Positions 36,153 to 45,521 are shown, counted from the first letter of the stretch. The stretch is 64,000 bases of DNA from Patescibacteria group bacterium (GCA_028715505.1 JAQURS010000002.1:38658-102657); one strand, 5' to 3'. Numbers and translations: made by a program. Notes: generated from the sequence alone by a model not told the origin.

Positions 36153-37616
36153 ATGTCTTTAGGGTCGTCCATAGCCCGAAATACGGTCTGGCTCATGGTG
36201 GCCACGACCGGGCAAAAACTCGTCGCCTTCCTGGCTTTTTACCTGATCGCCCGGCTGACCGGACCGCACATCACGGGCGCTTATTTTTACGGAGTTTCGG
36301 TTACCTCCGTTTTTGTGATTCTTTCCGATCTTGGTATGACGCCGGTCGTCATCCGGGCCATCGCGGGAGGGCGAGATGACGGAGAAAGGCTTTTCGCGAC
36401 CGTTATCCGCGCCAAGATGCTTTTGGTCCCGATCGCGGTTTTAGCTTCGATCGGGTACGGAGTGCTCATGCATCAAACGCCGGAGATCATGGGTACCATT
36501 GCCTTGGCTTGCGTGGCCATGGCGGCCGACGCTTTTCATCTTGTTTTATACGGAACTTTGCGCGGCAAGCAGAATCTCAAACCAGAGGCTTTGGGCATGC
36601 TGATCGGACAGATAGTCAGCGCCATTGGCGCGGTTACGGCCGCTTTGATGCATTGGGGGCCAATGGGTTTGGCTGGAGCTTTGGGATTGGGAAGCATTTG
36701 GAACGTAATCTGGGCTAGCCGTTCATCTTTTAAGCACGGCGTTCGCCTCGTGACTCCAACTTGGCTCGACATGCGCAAGCTGGCTTTGGAAGCTTGGCCT
36801 TTTGCCGTGGCGGGCATGGCCGTCAAAGTATATTCTTATATTGATAGCCTAATGATCCAGGCTTATAACGGCACGGTCGCGGTCGGATATTACGCCGTGG
36901 CGTACAAGATGACTTATGCCATGCAATTTTTGCCGCTGACTTTCACAGCCGCTCTTTATCCGGCTTTGAGTTACGCTTACGCCAATAAGCAGCACGATGA
37001 ATTGAGAAAAACTTTTTTAGGATCGCTTAGGTTCATGGCGGCCATCGCCTTCCCGATCGCGGCCGGCTTGTCCGCCTTAGCCCCTCGTCTGATCCCGGCG
37101 TTATATGGTGACGCGTTTAGGGGAGCGATTCCGGCCATGGAAGTTTTGCCTTGGGTATTGTTGCCCATCTTTTTGGATTTTCCGGTTGGTAGCCTTTTGA
37201 ACGGTTCCAATCGGGCTCATTTAAAGACGATTGCCATGGTTGGCACCATGGTGGCTAACGCCGTATTGAACGCGTTATTGGTCCCGGTTTACGGCCCGTT
37301 GGGTGCCTCCTGGGCGGGAGTCTTTAGCTTTACACTGCTTTACGCCATTGGCGTCGGTTTTACTTACAAAGACGCCGGCGGGTTGTCCAAGATTATCCTA
37401 CCTCTTGTTCGGGCGAGCGTTGGCGCGGCTTTGGCTTGGTTGGCTTGGCGATATGTGGGAGCTTTTATGCCATTGCCCATGGCTTTTGTTTTTGGCGGAG
37501 CAGTGGCGGTTATTTTGGCTTTTGCCGTCGGTTTGATCAATTTGCAGGAGGCGCTCTTTGCTTGGAAACAGCTTCGGAACCGTTTCATAAAGCAAGAACA
37601 AATCCATGCCTCCTAA
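36153..37616 (+). CDS. MOP-superfamily oligosaccharide/polysaccharide flippase (Wzx/MurJ-like)
   Basis: 487 aa, about 12-14 TM helices, typical polysaccharide-biosynthesis-protein N-terminus. Confidence 0.7.
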   Translation: MSLGSSIARNTVWLMVATTGQKLVAFLAFYLIARLTGPHITGAYFYGVSVTSVFVILSDLGMTPVVIRAIAGGRDDGERLFATVIRAKMLLVPIAVLASIGYGVLMHQTPEIMGTIALACVAMAADAFHLVLYGTLRGKQNLKPEALGMLIGQIVSAIGAVTAALMHWGPMGLAGALGLGSIWNVIWASRSSFKHGVRLVTPTWLDMRKLALEAWPFAVAGMAVKVYSYIDSLMIQAYNGTVAVGYYAVAYKMTYAMQFLPLTFTAALYPALSYAYANKQHDELRKTFLGSLRFMAAIAFPIAAGLSALAPRLIPALYGDAFRGAIPAMEVLPWVLLPIFLDFPVGSLLNGSNRAHLKTIAMVGTMVANAVLNALLVPVYGPLGASWAGVFSFTLLYAIGVGFTYKDAGGLSKIILPLVRASVGAALAWLAWRYVGAFMPLPMAFVFGGAVAVILAFAVGLINLQEALFAWKQLRNRFIKQEQIHAS

Positions 37617-39399
37617 AACTTTATTTTATTGCATGACCATGGACTATCCGCCCATGCGGGGCGGCGTAGCCAGATATTTGTCGAACTTAGCCGACGCGTC
37701 GGACGGCCAGATGAAAGTTTTAGTGCCTTTGAAGCATGGAGAAAATTCTGATGACGTTTTGAAGGTTAAATTTTGGTGGAACGGATGGCCAAAATGGTTG
37801 CCGCTCATCAAAAGATGTCTTGAGGTGAAGGATGGGGTAATTTTCGTCTCGCATGTCTTGCCGGTGGGTACGGCAGCTTGGATTTCAAAAATATTTGGCG
37901 GGCCGGATTATGTCGTGCTTTTTCATGGAACTGATTTGAAGAGGATCAGGACCTCTTGGCGGAAATGGCTTTTAAAAAAGGTTGGCCGAAAAGCAAAACG
38001 ACTTATAGTCAACAGCCAAGCCACCAAGGTCGCCCTTCAAAAGTTGATGCCCGCGGCCGATGTCATGGTTCTAACGCCAGGCGTCAAACCATTTGAGGGC
38101 CTAATTTCAAGGCACGATGCTAGGACGCGACTTGGTATCGCTCAGGATACTAAATTAGTCTTGGCTGTTTGCCGTTTAGTGGAACGCAAAGGTATTGATA
38201 CGCTTTTGCAGGCCTTGTCACGAGTCGTGGTTGAAGAACCAAAAGTTGAACTTGCGGTGGTGGGTCAGGGCGAATACGCCGAGCCGTTGCATCAATTGGC
38301 AGCCCTACTCAAAATTAAAGTCAGGTGGATCGAGGGGGCAAGCGACGATGAATTGGCCAACTGGTACTCCGCCGCGGACATTTTTTGCCTACCCTCGCGC
38401 GAACAAGCTGACGACGTCGAAGGTTTTGGGATGGTGTTTTTAGAAGCGGCCATGGCCGGCCTGCCCGTTATCGCCGGGCAAGGCTGGGGAACTGAAGAAG
38501 CTGTTTTGAATAACGTGACAGGGTTTGTCGTCCCGGCATGGAAGGATCCGGTCGCCGAAGCTTTAGTCAAACTACTGAGAGATGAAAACCTTCGGCTAAA
38601 GATGGGGCAGGCGGGACGCGAGAGGGCCTTGAAAGACTTCCAATGGAAAGACAGGTGGTCGAAACTGCAGGGTTCAGAACAGGTTTCGGACATAGCTGTC
38701 GTCATCCCATGTTGGAACCACGCCAAAGAGTTGGAGAGGACACTCGAAGCGTTAAGTGCGCAAACTTTGGCGCCAAAAGAAGTCGTGGTCGTGGATAATA
38801 ACTCGACGGACAACCCGGGGGCTGTCGTGGAAAGGTTCAAATCCAAGTTGCCAATTCATATTGTTTCATACAAAGAAAAACAAGGCGCTCCGGCGGCGCG
38901 CAACGAGGGGGCGAGATTGACTTCGGCGCCGTATTTGTTGTTTTTAGATTCTGACGTTGAATTGGTCTCAGATGCTTTGCGGATCATGCGCCAAACTTTG
39001 GAACAACATCCCGAGGCTTCATTCGCTTATTCGGATTTTTATTGGTCGTACAAGCTGTTTAGAGGGCAAGCTTGGAACGGTGAGGATCTGAAACATAAAA
39101 ATTGGATACATACGTCGTCTTTAATCAGGCGAAGTGATTGGCAGCCGTTCGATGAATCACTTAAGAGATTTCAGGACTGGGATCTGTGGATTTCGATGTC
39201 AAAAAGAGGACGAGTGGGGACATGGATCCAAAAACCATTGTTTCGAGTCACGGAATCTGACCGGGCCGGAAAAATCAGCCGCTGGGTCCCGGCTTTTATC
39301 CATCGGGTGCCGTGGCCTGTTTTTGGTTGGATGCCGAGCGAAATCCGCCGATACAGGGATGCCGAGGCGATCCTTAAGAAAAAACACGGGCTAGTATGA
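37606..39399 (+). CDS. Fused glycosyltransferase: GT4 (GT-B) N-terminal domain plus GT2 (GT-A) C-terminal domain
   Basis: The GT4 E-x7-E region reads EGFGMVFLEAAMAGLPVIA. The GT2 domain starts around nt 38689 (IAVVIPCWNHAKELERTLEALSAQT...VVVDNNSTD...FLDSD). Alternative start at ATG 37633. Confidence 0.75.
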   Translation: MPPKTLFYCMTMDYPPMRGGVARYLSNLADASDGQMKVLVPLKHGENSDDVLKVKFWWNGWPKWLPLIKRCLEVKDGVIFVSHVLPVGTAAWISKIFGGPDYVVLFHGTDLKRIRTSWRKWLLKKVGRKAKRLIVNSQATKVALQKLMPAADVMVLTPGVKPFEGLISRHDARTRLGIAQDTKLVLAVCRLVERKGIDTLLQALSRVVVEEPKVELAVVGQGEYAEPLHQLAALLKIKVRWIEGASDDELANWYSAADIFCLPSREQADDVEGFGMVFLEAAMAGLPVIAGQGWGTEEAVLNNVTGFVVPAWKDPVAEALVKLLRDENLRLKMGQAGRERALKDFQWKDRWSKLQGSEQVSDIAVVIPCWNHAKELERTLEALSAQTLAPKEVVVVDNNSTDNPGAVVERFKSKLPIHIVSYKEKQGAPAARNEGARLTSAPYLLFLDSDVELVSDALRIMRQTLEQHPEASFAYSDFYWSYKLFRGQAWNGEDLKHKNWIHTSSLIRRSDWQPFDESLKRFQDWDLWISMSKRGRVGTWIQKPLFRVTESDRAGKISRWVPAFIHRVPWPVFGWMPSEIRRYRDAEAILKKKHGLV

Positions 39400-41801
39400 A
39401 AGATTTGAGAATTGTAATCGTAAGCTGGAACGTCCAAGAACAGTTGGAACGATGTTTGAGATCGCTTCCGCAAGCCTGCGAGGGTTTGGATTGGGATTGC
39501 GTGGTTGTGGACAACGACTCGGCGGATAAATCCGTTGAAATCGTGAAAAGTTTTGGGTTGCAGGTTGAGAGAGTCGACGTGATCGCTAATCATCAGAACA
39601 GGGGATTTGCCTATGCGTGCAACCAGGGCGCGGCGCATCATAATGGATCAAAATATATTTTGCTATTAAATCCGGATACCGAATGCCCGCCGGGATCGCT
39701 TTTAAAGCTAGTAAAACAGGCTGACGAAAAACCGGAAGTCGGCATCATGGGTCCAAAGCTCGTCTATCCTGATGGTAAGTATCAACCTAGCGCGCAAAGA
39801 TTCCCCGGTTTGTTTGATCAGAGTCTGATCCTCCTCAAACTGCACCATCTTTTTCCAGGAGCAAAAAGTTTGAAAAGATATTTCATGCAGGATTTGGATC
39901 AAACGAAGTCGCAAGAAGTTGATCAGGTTATGGGCGCGTGCTTTTTGGTGAGAAAAGCCTGCTGGGACCAAATCGGAGGACTTGACCAGCGTTACTTCCT
40001 TTGGTTTGAAGAGGTGGATGCCTGTAAGTCGGCCCAAGAAAAGGGTTGGAAGATATGGTTTGAGCCTTCAGTCAGCGTCATTCATTACGGCGGCGAAGCT
40101 TTCGCGCAATTATTTTCATGGAAGCGGCAGGGGTATTTTAACCAAAGTCTGCGCAAGTACATGAAAAAATGGCATGGATTATGGGCCTGGATGGTCGTTA
40201 GCGCCCTTAGCCCTGTTTCCATGGCCATGGCGGGCGTTTTGACGGCCTTTAAGGTGAAACCTGGCACGAAGCGCGTCATTCAAAAGATTAGTCTCGGTGG
40301 TTCTGATAATGCGGGCCGTGGGACGTGGGACGTGGGTTGGTGGTTAGTTGGGATTATTATATTTGAATTGGTTTCAGTTTTGGCTCAGGGTCATCCGTTA
40401 GCGCAAAGCATTTTAACCGTTGCGGGCTTTGTACTGATCGCAATCATCGCTTACACGAAACCGGCGTTGGGATTGGCCGTTGTTTTAGCTGAGCTTATGA
40501 TTGGAGGTTTCGGTTATCTTCTCAACTTTCAAACGGACATCTTTATTAGGGGAATATCCCTTCGCATCGCCCTAATGGCCGGTTATTTCATTGGCGGCGG
40601 GATAAATGCCATCGTCGATCGCGTTTGGCGATTTTGGAAATTGAAGGAATTGGCAATCTTGGAAGTTTGGATTTTTGTGCTGGGGATGTTTATGGGTGGT
40701 CTGGCCAGGGGTTTGCAACTGAACCAGCCATTCATTTTTGCGGACGCTAACGCTTGGATTTTCCTGCTTTACATCATTCCCGTTTTGGACGTGGCTCACA
40801 GGTTCGGCCCTCAACTTAAAAAATACGTCACCGGTTCGGCGATAGCTTCATTGATTTGGCTGCCGATAAAAATACTAGCGGTTTTTTACGTGTTCACGCA
40901 TGGTCTTGGCATTTTGGATTGGCTATACGTTTGGATTCGCGATACGCGCGTCGGAGAAATCACGGATCTTAAGAATGGCTTTTATCGGATATTTTTCCAG
41001 TCAGCCGTTTATTCGGCCTTGGCTTTGCCTTTCGTGACGGCATGGTGGGTTGAAAAAAAGGATTTAAGCAGGAAGGGAGAAGTTATGACGATTGCGCTTG
41101 GTGGCCTATGCGGAGCAGCCTTACTACTTAGCCTCTCACGAAGTTTTTGGCTAGGCGCTGTCGTGTCGATTATTTTGATCCTTGCCTTTGGAATTTATCG
41201 AGCTCTTAAGTATGGCGGGTTCAAAAATTTTAGTCTGGCGCTCGCGAAAGGATTTTTAGCCGCGGCGGTCAGTTTCTTTATTATCCTCGTGGCTTGGAGA
41301 TTGCCCATTCCGCATGCCGTACCTGGCTCGCTTTTTGATTTCTTTGGTTCGAGAGCCACGGTTTCCGATCCCGCGTCCGCTTCTCGTTGGAATCTTTTGT
41401 CTCCGATGCTGGAAAAGATATGGCAAGAGCCAGTTTTGGGTAGCGGACTTGGGTCGACGGTTACTTACAAAAGCCAGGACCCTAGGATTTTGGAGCAAAG
41501 CCCCAACGGGATCACAACGACATACGCATTCGAGTGGGGATGGCTTGGTTTATGGATCAAATTCGGAATATTTGGATTGTTGGTCATGGGCTGGCTGCTA
41601 ATTTCGATTGTTTGGCGGGTTTGGAAATCAAATTATTCATGGTGGATTAGGGTTGGGGTGCTAAGTGGGACGGTTGGCCTGGCTGTTATCCATTTTTTTA
41701 CGCCATATTTGGATCATCCCTTGGGCTTTGCTTGGATAATCGGAGTAGAAGGCTTGTTGGCGTTGCGCAGGGAAGAGCTGGAACCGCACTTGCAGAAGTA
41801 A
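39396..41801 (+). CDS. Fused GT2 glycosyltransferase plus O-antigen ligase/polymerase-like polytopic membrane domain
   Basis: N-terminal IVIVSWNVQEQLERCLRSL...VVDNDSADKS...LLLNPDTE. From about nt 40200 there are more than 10 TM helices, including a Wzy_C-like LSLSRSFWLGAVVSIILI. Confidence 0.7.
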   Translation: MKDLRIVIVSWNVQEQLERCLRSLPQACEGLDWDCVVVDNDSADKSVEIVKSFGLQVERVDVIANHQNRGFAYACNQGAAHHNGSKYILLLNPDTECPPGSLLKLVKQADEKPEVGIMGPKLVYPDGKYQPSAQRFPGLFDQSLILLKLHHLFPGAKSLKRYFMQDLDQTKSQEVDQVMGACFLVRKACWDQIGGLDQRYFLWFEEVDACKSAQEKGWKIWFEPSVSVIHYGGEAFAQLFSWKRQGYFNQSLRKYMKKWHGLWAWMVVSALSPVSMAMAGVLTAFKVKPGTKRVIQKISLGGSDNAGRGTWDVGWWLVGIIIFELVSVLAQGHPLAQSILTVAGFVLIAIIAYTKPALGLAVVLAELMIGGFGYLLNFQTDIFIRGISLRIALMAGYFIGGGINAIVDRVWRFWKLKELAILEVWIFVLGMFMGGLARGLQLNQPFIFADANAWIFLLYIIPVLDVAHRFGPQLKKYVTGSAIASLIWLPIKILAVFYVFTHGLGILDWLYVWIRDTRVGEITDLKNGFYRIFFQSAVYSALALPFVTAWWVEKKDLSRKGEVMTIALGGLCGAALLLSLSRSFWLGAVVSIILILAFGIYRALKYGGFKNFSLALAKGFLAAAVSFFIILVAWRLPIPHAVPGSLFDFFGSRATVSDPASASRWNLLSPMLEKIWQEPVLGSGLGSTVTYKSQDPRILEQSPNGITTTYAFEWGWLGLWIKFGIFGLLVMGWLLISIVWRVWKSNYSWWIRVGVLSGTVGLAVIHFFTPYLDHPLGFAWIIGVEGLLALRREELEPHLQK

Positions 41802-41850
41802 TATCAACTAGACGTTTGACGTGTCACGTTTCGCATGTCACTTTTTAAAC

Positions 41851-42318
41851 ATGGTTAAATATTTTGTTTTTAAATCAAATATTGGTGACTTGCTCGTTGG
41901 AGTAGATGATATTTTTTTGGTATCTATAGATTTTACGACGCAAGAGAAGGTTAAGTCTTCTAACTTAATCTATGGAAGAAACGAAAAAATACGGAAACAA
42001 CTTGAAGATTATTTTTCGGGCAAACTGAAAAATTTTAATTTTCCCATAAAATTGAGCGGCACTAAATTCCAAAACCAGGTTTGGAAGGAATTATTGAAAA
42101 TTCCGTATGGCAAAACACGCACTTACGCCGAGATTGCCAAGCGGATCAAAAAACCGCGAGCGGTTAGGGCGGTAGGATCGGCAATTGGTAGGAATCCGAT
42201 AGGTATTATCGTCCCATGCCATCGGGTTATCAGGACGGGCGGGGATTTGGGCGGATACGCCTGGGGAACGGGGGTCAAGAAAGCGCTTCTCGAATTGGAA
42301 AAAACCAATCAACGGTGA
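41851..42318 (+). CDS. ogt: Methylated-DNA--protein-cysteine methyltransferase
   Basis: IIVPCHRVIRTGGDLGGYAWG active-site motif. Overlaps the fmt 3' end by 10 nt (convergent). Confidence 0.88.
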   Translation: MVKYFVFKSNIGDLLVGVDDIFLVSIDFTTQEKVKSSNLIYGRNEKIRKQLEDYFSGKLKNFNFPIKLSGTKFQNQVWKELLKIPYGKTRTYAEIAKRIKKPRAVRAVGSAIGRNPIGIIVPCHRVIRTGGDLGGYAWGTGVKKALLELEKTNQR

Positions 42319-43244
42319 CCGGCTAAATATTCTTTAGCCGTCATGGTCCGTTTGCCTTCGGGTTGCAATTCTAAAATTTCTAGTGATTTTCCATCGCCGC
42401 ACTGGATAAAAAGTTTTTCTTCAACGACTTCTGGAATGCCCATAGCCTCCCCCTTTATCAAGGGGGGATTAAGGGGGGATCTTGCTTTGAGAATCTTTAT
42501 TCGCTTGTTGTCCCATTCGGTCCACGTACAGGGCCATGGGTTGTAAGCCCGAACCAGCCTTTCGATTTCGGCGGCCGATTTTGACCAATCTATCTTGCCA
42601 TCTTCCCGTTTAAGAATTTTACAAAAAGTAGCTTGGGAGTGATCCTGTGGTTCAGGTTTGATGTTGTCTTCCAAATATTCAAATAAAACGTCGGGCAAAG
42701 CGGAAGCGCCAAGCTCGGCAAGACGATCATGTAATTCGCCGCCGGTTTCTTCTTTACCGATTTCGACTTCTTTTTGGGCCAGGACGTCACCACGATCCAT
42801 TTCCGCGTCCATGAGCATGATTGTGACGCCCGATTTCTCGTCACCCGCGGCAATAGCGGCTTGCACGCATGACGCGCCGCGCCATCTTGGCAAAAGCGAA
42901 CCATGGACGTTGATGGCGCCTTCTTTGGGAAGGTCGAGGACGCGTTGCGGGATAATCTTGCCATATGAGACTACAACATAAGCGTCAATTTCCAGCTCGT
43001 CTTGGAGTTGTTTGAGGACGTTAAAAGTCTCATCGGTTTTGACTTTATCGAATTGAAGAACTTCGACATTGTTTTCGAGTGCCATGGTTTTGACCGGCGG
43101 CGGAGTCATTGTTTGATGCCGACCGATGGGCGCGTCGGGCTTGGTGACCACGCCCGCTACGGTAAACCGAGGATCGTCCAGTAAAGCTTCCAAAGAGGGG
43201 ACGGAGAAGTCGGAAGTACCGAAAAAGAAAATCTTATAAGCCAT
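42309..43244 (-). CDS. fmt: Methionyl-tRNA formyltransferase
   Basis: FFGTSDFSVPSLEAL and HGSLLPRWRGASCVQAAI motifs, plus a C-terminal OB-like domain. Confidence 0.92.
   Translation of the reverse strand: MAYKIFFFGTSDFSVPSLEALLDDPRFTVAGVVTKPDAPIGRHQTMTPPPVKTMALENNVEVLQFDKVKTDETFNVLKQLQDELEIDAYVVVSYGKIIPQRVLDLPKEGAINVHGSLLPRWRGASCVQAAIAAGDEKSGVTIMLMDAEMDRGDVLAQKEVEIGKEETGGELHDRLAELGASALPDVLFEYLEDNIKPEPQDHSQATFCKILKREDGKIDWSKSAAEIERLVRAYNPWPCTWTEWDNKRIKILKARSPLNPPLIKGEAMGIPEVVEEKLFIQCGDGKSLEILELQPEGKRTMTAKEYLAGHR
42445..42482 (+). repeat. Hairpin element copy embedded in the fmt coding sequence
   Basis: CCCCCTT-TATC-AAGGGGG (42449-42466) followed by GATTAAGGGGGGATC. On the coding (minus) strand it reads SPLNPPLIKGEA. 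Confidence 0.7.
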
Positions 43245-43300
43245 AATCGCGATTAGATTAGCGGTATTTTAAGGTTTTGGCAACATAAGTAGAAACGTGA

Positions 43301-43328
43301 AGCCCTCCCGAGGTGGTTTGGGAGGGCT
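43301..43328 (-). terminator. Stable hairpin downstream of the lipoprotein gene (weak or no U-tract)
   Basis: 9-bp stem AGCCCTCCC/GGGAGGGCT with a 10-nt loop. Only a poor T-run follows on the minus strand. Confidence 0.35.
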
Positions 43329-43346
43329 AAGATCAGAGGAGAGGCG

Positions 43347-44210
43347 TCACTGGCAGACGATCTGCCAGAAGTTTTGCGGCTCAGAGCTGGTCACATCCGC
43401 GCCGTCCGCGTAAGGAATCGTCGTTTGGACGATGAATTGCGCTTGGAAGTGATTCGCGGTGAATGCCGCGTCGCTGGCTATCTTGCGTTTCAGTCCACTC
43501 GTGACCACGTATCGGTTGAGATCACCGGAATAGCTGATGAGCGTTCCGTCGGGGTGGATCGAGGTCGTGATCGAGGCGCCTTGGGTGTAGTCCGGCCAGA
43601 CCGTGTCCGGCACGTCGATGATCCTCGAAGCCCAGTTCGCCCCGTAAAGGGCAGCTATGATGGATTCCGATTCGATCCAGTGGAGTTGTGCGCAGTTTGT
43701 AACCGCGTACACCTTGGGGTCGGTCGTGATCTTGACCAGGTAGGTGCCTGGTCGAATCGTCACGTTCTTACCCATGGGGATGATGGACAACTGCTCGTCG
43801 GGTATGGTTTTGACCAGGTTCAGGTCTTCGGGCGTGAACCAGGCATTGAATGTGTTTTCGTTCGGGAAAGTGTGACGGCTTTGGTCCGGCCCGTAGTAGT
43901 AGACAGCCGGTTGCGAACCCTTGATCAGGTCGCCGGCCGCAAGTTGTACGGCTCCGTCGATGGTTATATCTGGCGGAGCGTCGGTCCCCGTTTCGATTCC
44001 TGTTTCTGTTTGTGTGTCGGCCGAGACGTCCGGTTGCGCTTCGAGTTGAGCGTCAGTACCGGTTTCAGCGTCCTTGCCCGCGTCAGCCGCGTCGCTTTTT
44101 GCGTCAACGCCAGCTTCGGTTTCGGGGGGAGCCGCCGTGATTTCGGAATTGCCCCCACAGCCAGTCAATCCAACAAATACCAGTAAAAACGCCAAACTCC
44201 TTAGCTTCAT
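43347..44210 (-). CDS. Secreted lipoprotein with an acidic low-complexity linker and repeat modules
   Basis: Signal peptide plus lipobox LTGC, SD AAGGAGG upstream, and a D/A/T/E-rich linker. The C-terminal repeats are shared with the 48074..49516 product. Confidence 0.7.
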   Translation of the reverse strand: MKLRSLAFLLVFVGLTGCGGNSEITAAPPETEAGVDAKSDAADAGKDAETGTDAQLEAQPDVSADTQTETGIETGTDAPPDITIDGAVQLAAGDLIKGSQPAVYYYGPDQSRHTFPNENTFNAWFTPEDLNLVKTIPDEQLSIIPMGKNVTIRPGTYLVKITTDPKVYAVTNCAQLHWIESESIIAALYGANWASRIIDVPDTVWPDYTQGASITTSIHPDGTLISYSGDLNRYVVTSGLKRKIASDAAFTANHFQAQFIVQTTIPYADGADVTSSEPQNFWQIVCQ

Positions 44211-44282
44211 TTTCTGCCTCCTTTGTTTTTTCCTCGGCTATAAGACTGTTCCAATTATTATCCGTCGTGTCAATGCGTTAAA

Positions 44283-44304
44283 CAAAAAAGCCCTTAACAG
44301 GGCT
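44283..44304 (-). terminator. Rho-independent terminator (minus strand)
   Basis: AGCCCT/AGGGCT stem with a 4-nt loop, followed on the minus strand by TTTTTTG. Confidence 0.65.
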
Positions 44305-44309
44305 ATTCT

Positions 44310-45020
44310 TTACAGTATGTTTTGCACTCGGCCTACTTGGCCATTCGTCAATCTAACCTTTATGCCGCGCGGATGGTTGAGTTTGTTGGTTAAGATATCT
44401 TGGACGATTCCTTCAGTTAACTTACCGGTCGGCTGGTCTTTTTTAAGCACGATCAAGACTTTAGCGCCGGGCCTGATCATTCTCCTGTTTTGCGAACCGG
44501 TGGACGGTCCTTCTTCTCCCACATATTCCTGTTCTTGTTTGGGAATATTTTGCAAAAAAGTCAGTTCGCGTTTTTGAATAAAAATTCCTTCATAACAATC
44601 CGGCTCGTCGCTCGCGATCTGCTTGGTCGCTTCGTCCAAAGTCATCCAGACGACTTGAAAACCCTGGTCAATTTCTTTTTGGGTAAAGTTAGTGGGCCCC
44701 ATGGAGGCCACTCGTCCCGTGTAACAGTAATTAGTTTGCATGATGTTCCAAGCGGACCGGTACTCTACGATTTTTCCGATTTCGCCGGCTAATTCGATTC
44801 CGCAGCCGACTTCTTCCAAACACTCGCGTTTTAACGCCTCAATTTTTCCCTCGTTAATCTCGATGCCGCCGCCTGGCAGCTTGTGATAATTGTGTTTTGA
44901 GACAAATAATAACGGGACTAACCCGTTCTCATCAAAAAGCACGGCTCTCACTCCCTCTCTGATTTTGATGTCCGTGTCATTCGCCTGGTCAGCGTCTTTG
45001 ATGATTTTAAGGAGCTTCAT
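44310..45020 (-). CDS. NUDIX hydrolase fused to a C-terminal YwbE (DUF2196) domain
   Basis: Nudix box GGGIEINEGKIEALKRECLEEVGC. The C-terminal KKDQPTGKLTEGIVQDILTNKLNHPRGIKVRLTNGQVGRVQNIL closely resembles B. subtilis YwbE. Start at 45020 avoids overlap with def. Confidence 0.75.
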   Translation of the reverse strand: MKLLKIIKDADQANDTDIKIREGVRAVLFDENGLVPLLFVSKHNYHKLPGGGIEINEGKIEALKRECLEEVGCGIELAGEIGKIVEYRSAWNIMQTNYCYTGRVASMGPTNFTQKEIDQGFQVVWMTLDEATKQIASDEPDCYEGIFIQKRELTFLQNIPKQEQEYVGEEGPSTGSQNRRMIRPGAKVLIVLKKDQPTGKLTEGIVQDILTNKLNHPRGIKVRLTNGQVGRVQNIL

Positions 45021-45024
45021 AAGA

Positions 45025-45507
45025 TTACGCCGGCCACTTGCCTTGGGTGATTTTAGTGGCCTTATCGACGAATAAAACTCCATCTAAGTGGTCGATTTCA
45101 TGCTGGACGGCTACGGCTTCAATCCTTTTTAGGTCCAGTTCGGCGCGGCGGCCGTGACGATCTATGAATTTAACTGTGGCGCGTTTGGGACGGATGACCA
45201 TACCGTAAACTCCGGGCACGCTGAAGCAGCCTTCTTCGGTTTCGGCCGTGGCGGTTGAAGTTTTGATGATCTCAGGATTGATCATGGCCTTGGCTTCCAG
45301 GCCCACCTGGACGATGACGGCGCGCTCATTCACTCCGCATTGCGGGGCAGCCAATCCGGCGGCGTTATTTTGCGAGTCAAAAGTCCGCATTAATTTATCC
45401 AAAAAATCCTGGAACTCCTTGGTCGTGATCTTTTCCAAAGGCACCTCAATTGACCGTTCGCGGATGGACGGTTCTTTGTAGGTCACGATGCGGAAAATAT
45501 CAATCAT
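45025..45507 (-). CDS. def: Peptide deformylase
   Basis: GLAAPQCG, EGCFSVPG and QHEIDHLDG motifs. Confidence 0.93.
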   Translation of the reverse strand: MIDIFRIVTYKEPSIRERSIEVPLEKITTKEFQDFLDKLMRTFDSQNNAAGLAAPQCGVNERAVIVQVGLEAKAMINPEIIKTSTATAETEEGCFSVPGVYGMVIRPKRATVKFIDRHGRRAELDLKRIEAVAVQHEIDHLDGVLFVDKATKITQGKWPA

Positions 45508-45521
45508 GTTGATGGAATACT

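Noticed and set aside
41819-41829. Palindrome ACGTG-T-CACGT upstream of ogt
   Set aside because: It has only 5-bp arms, is a single occurrence, and has no convincing promoter hexamers around it. It is too short to distinguish from chance.
43374-44186. 270-aa plus-strand ORF opposite the lipoprotein gene
   Set aside because: The minus-strand ORF has an AAGGAGG SD, a signal peptide with a lipobox (LTGC), and repeats shared with another secreted protein. The plus-strand product is an Arg/Gly/Val-rich mirror translation.
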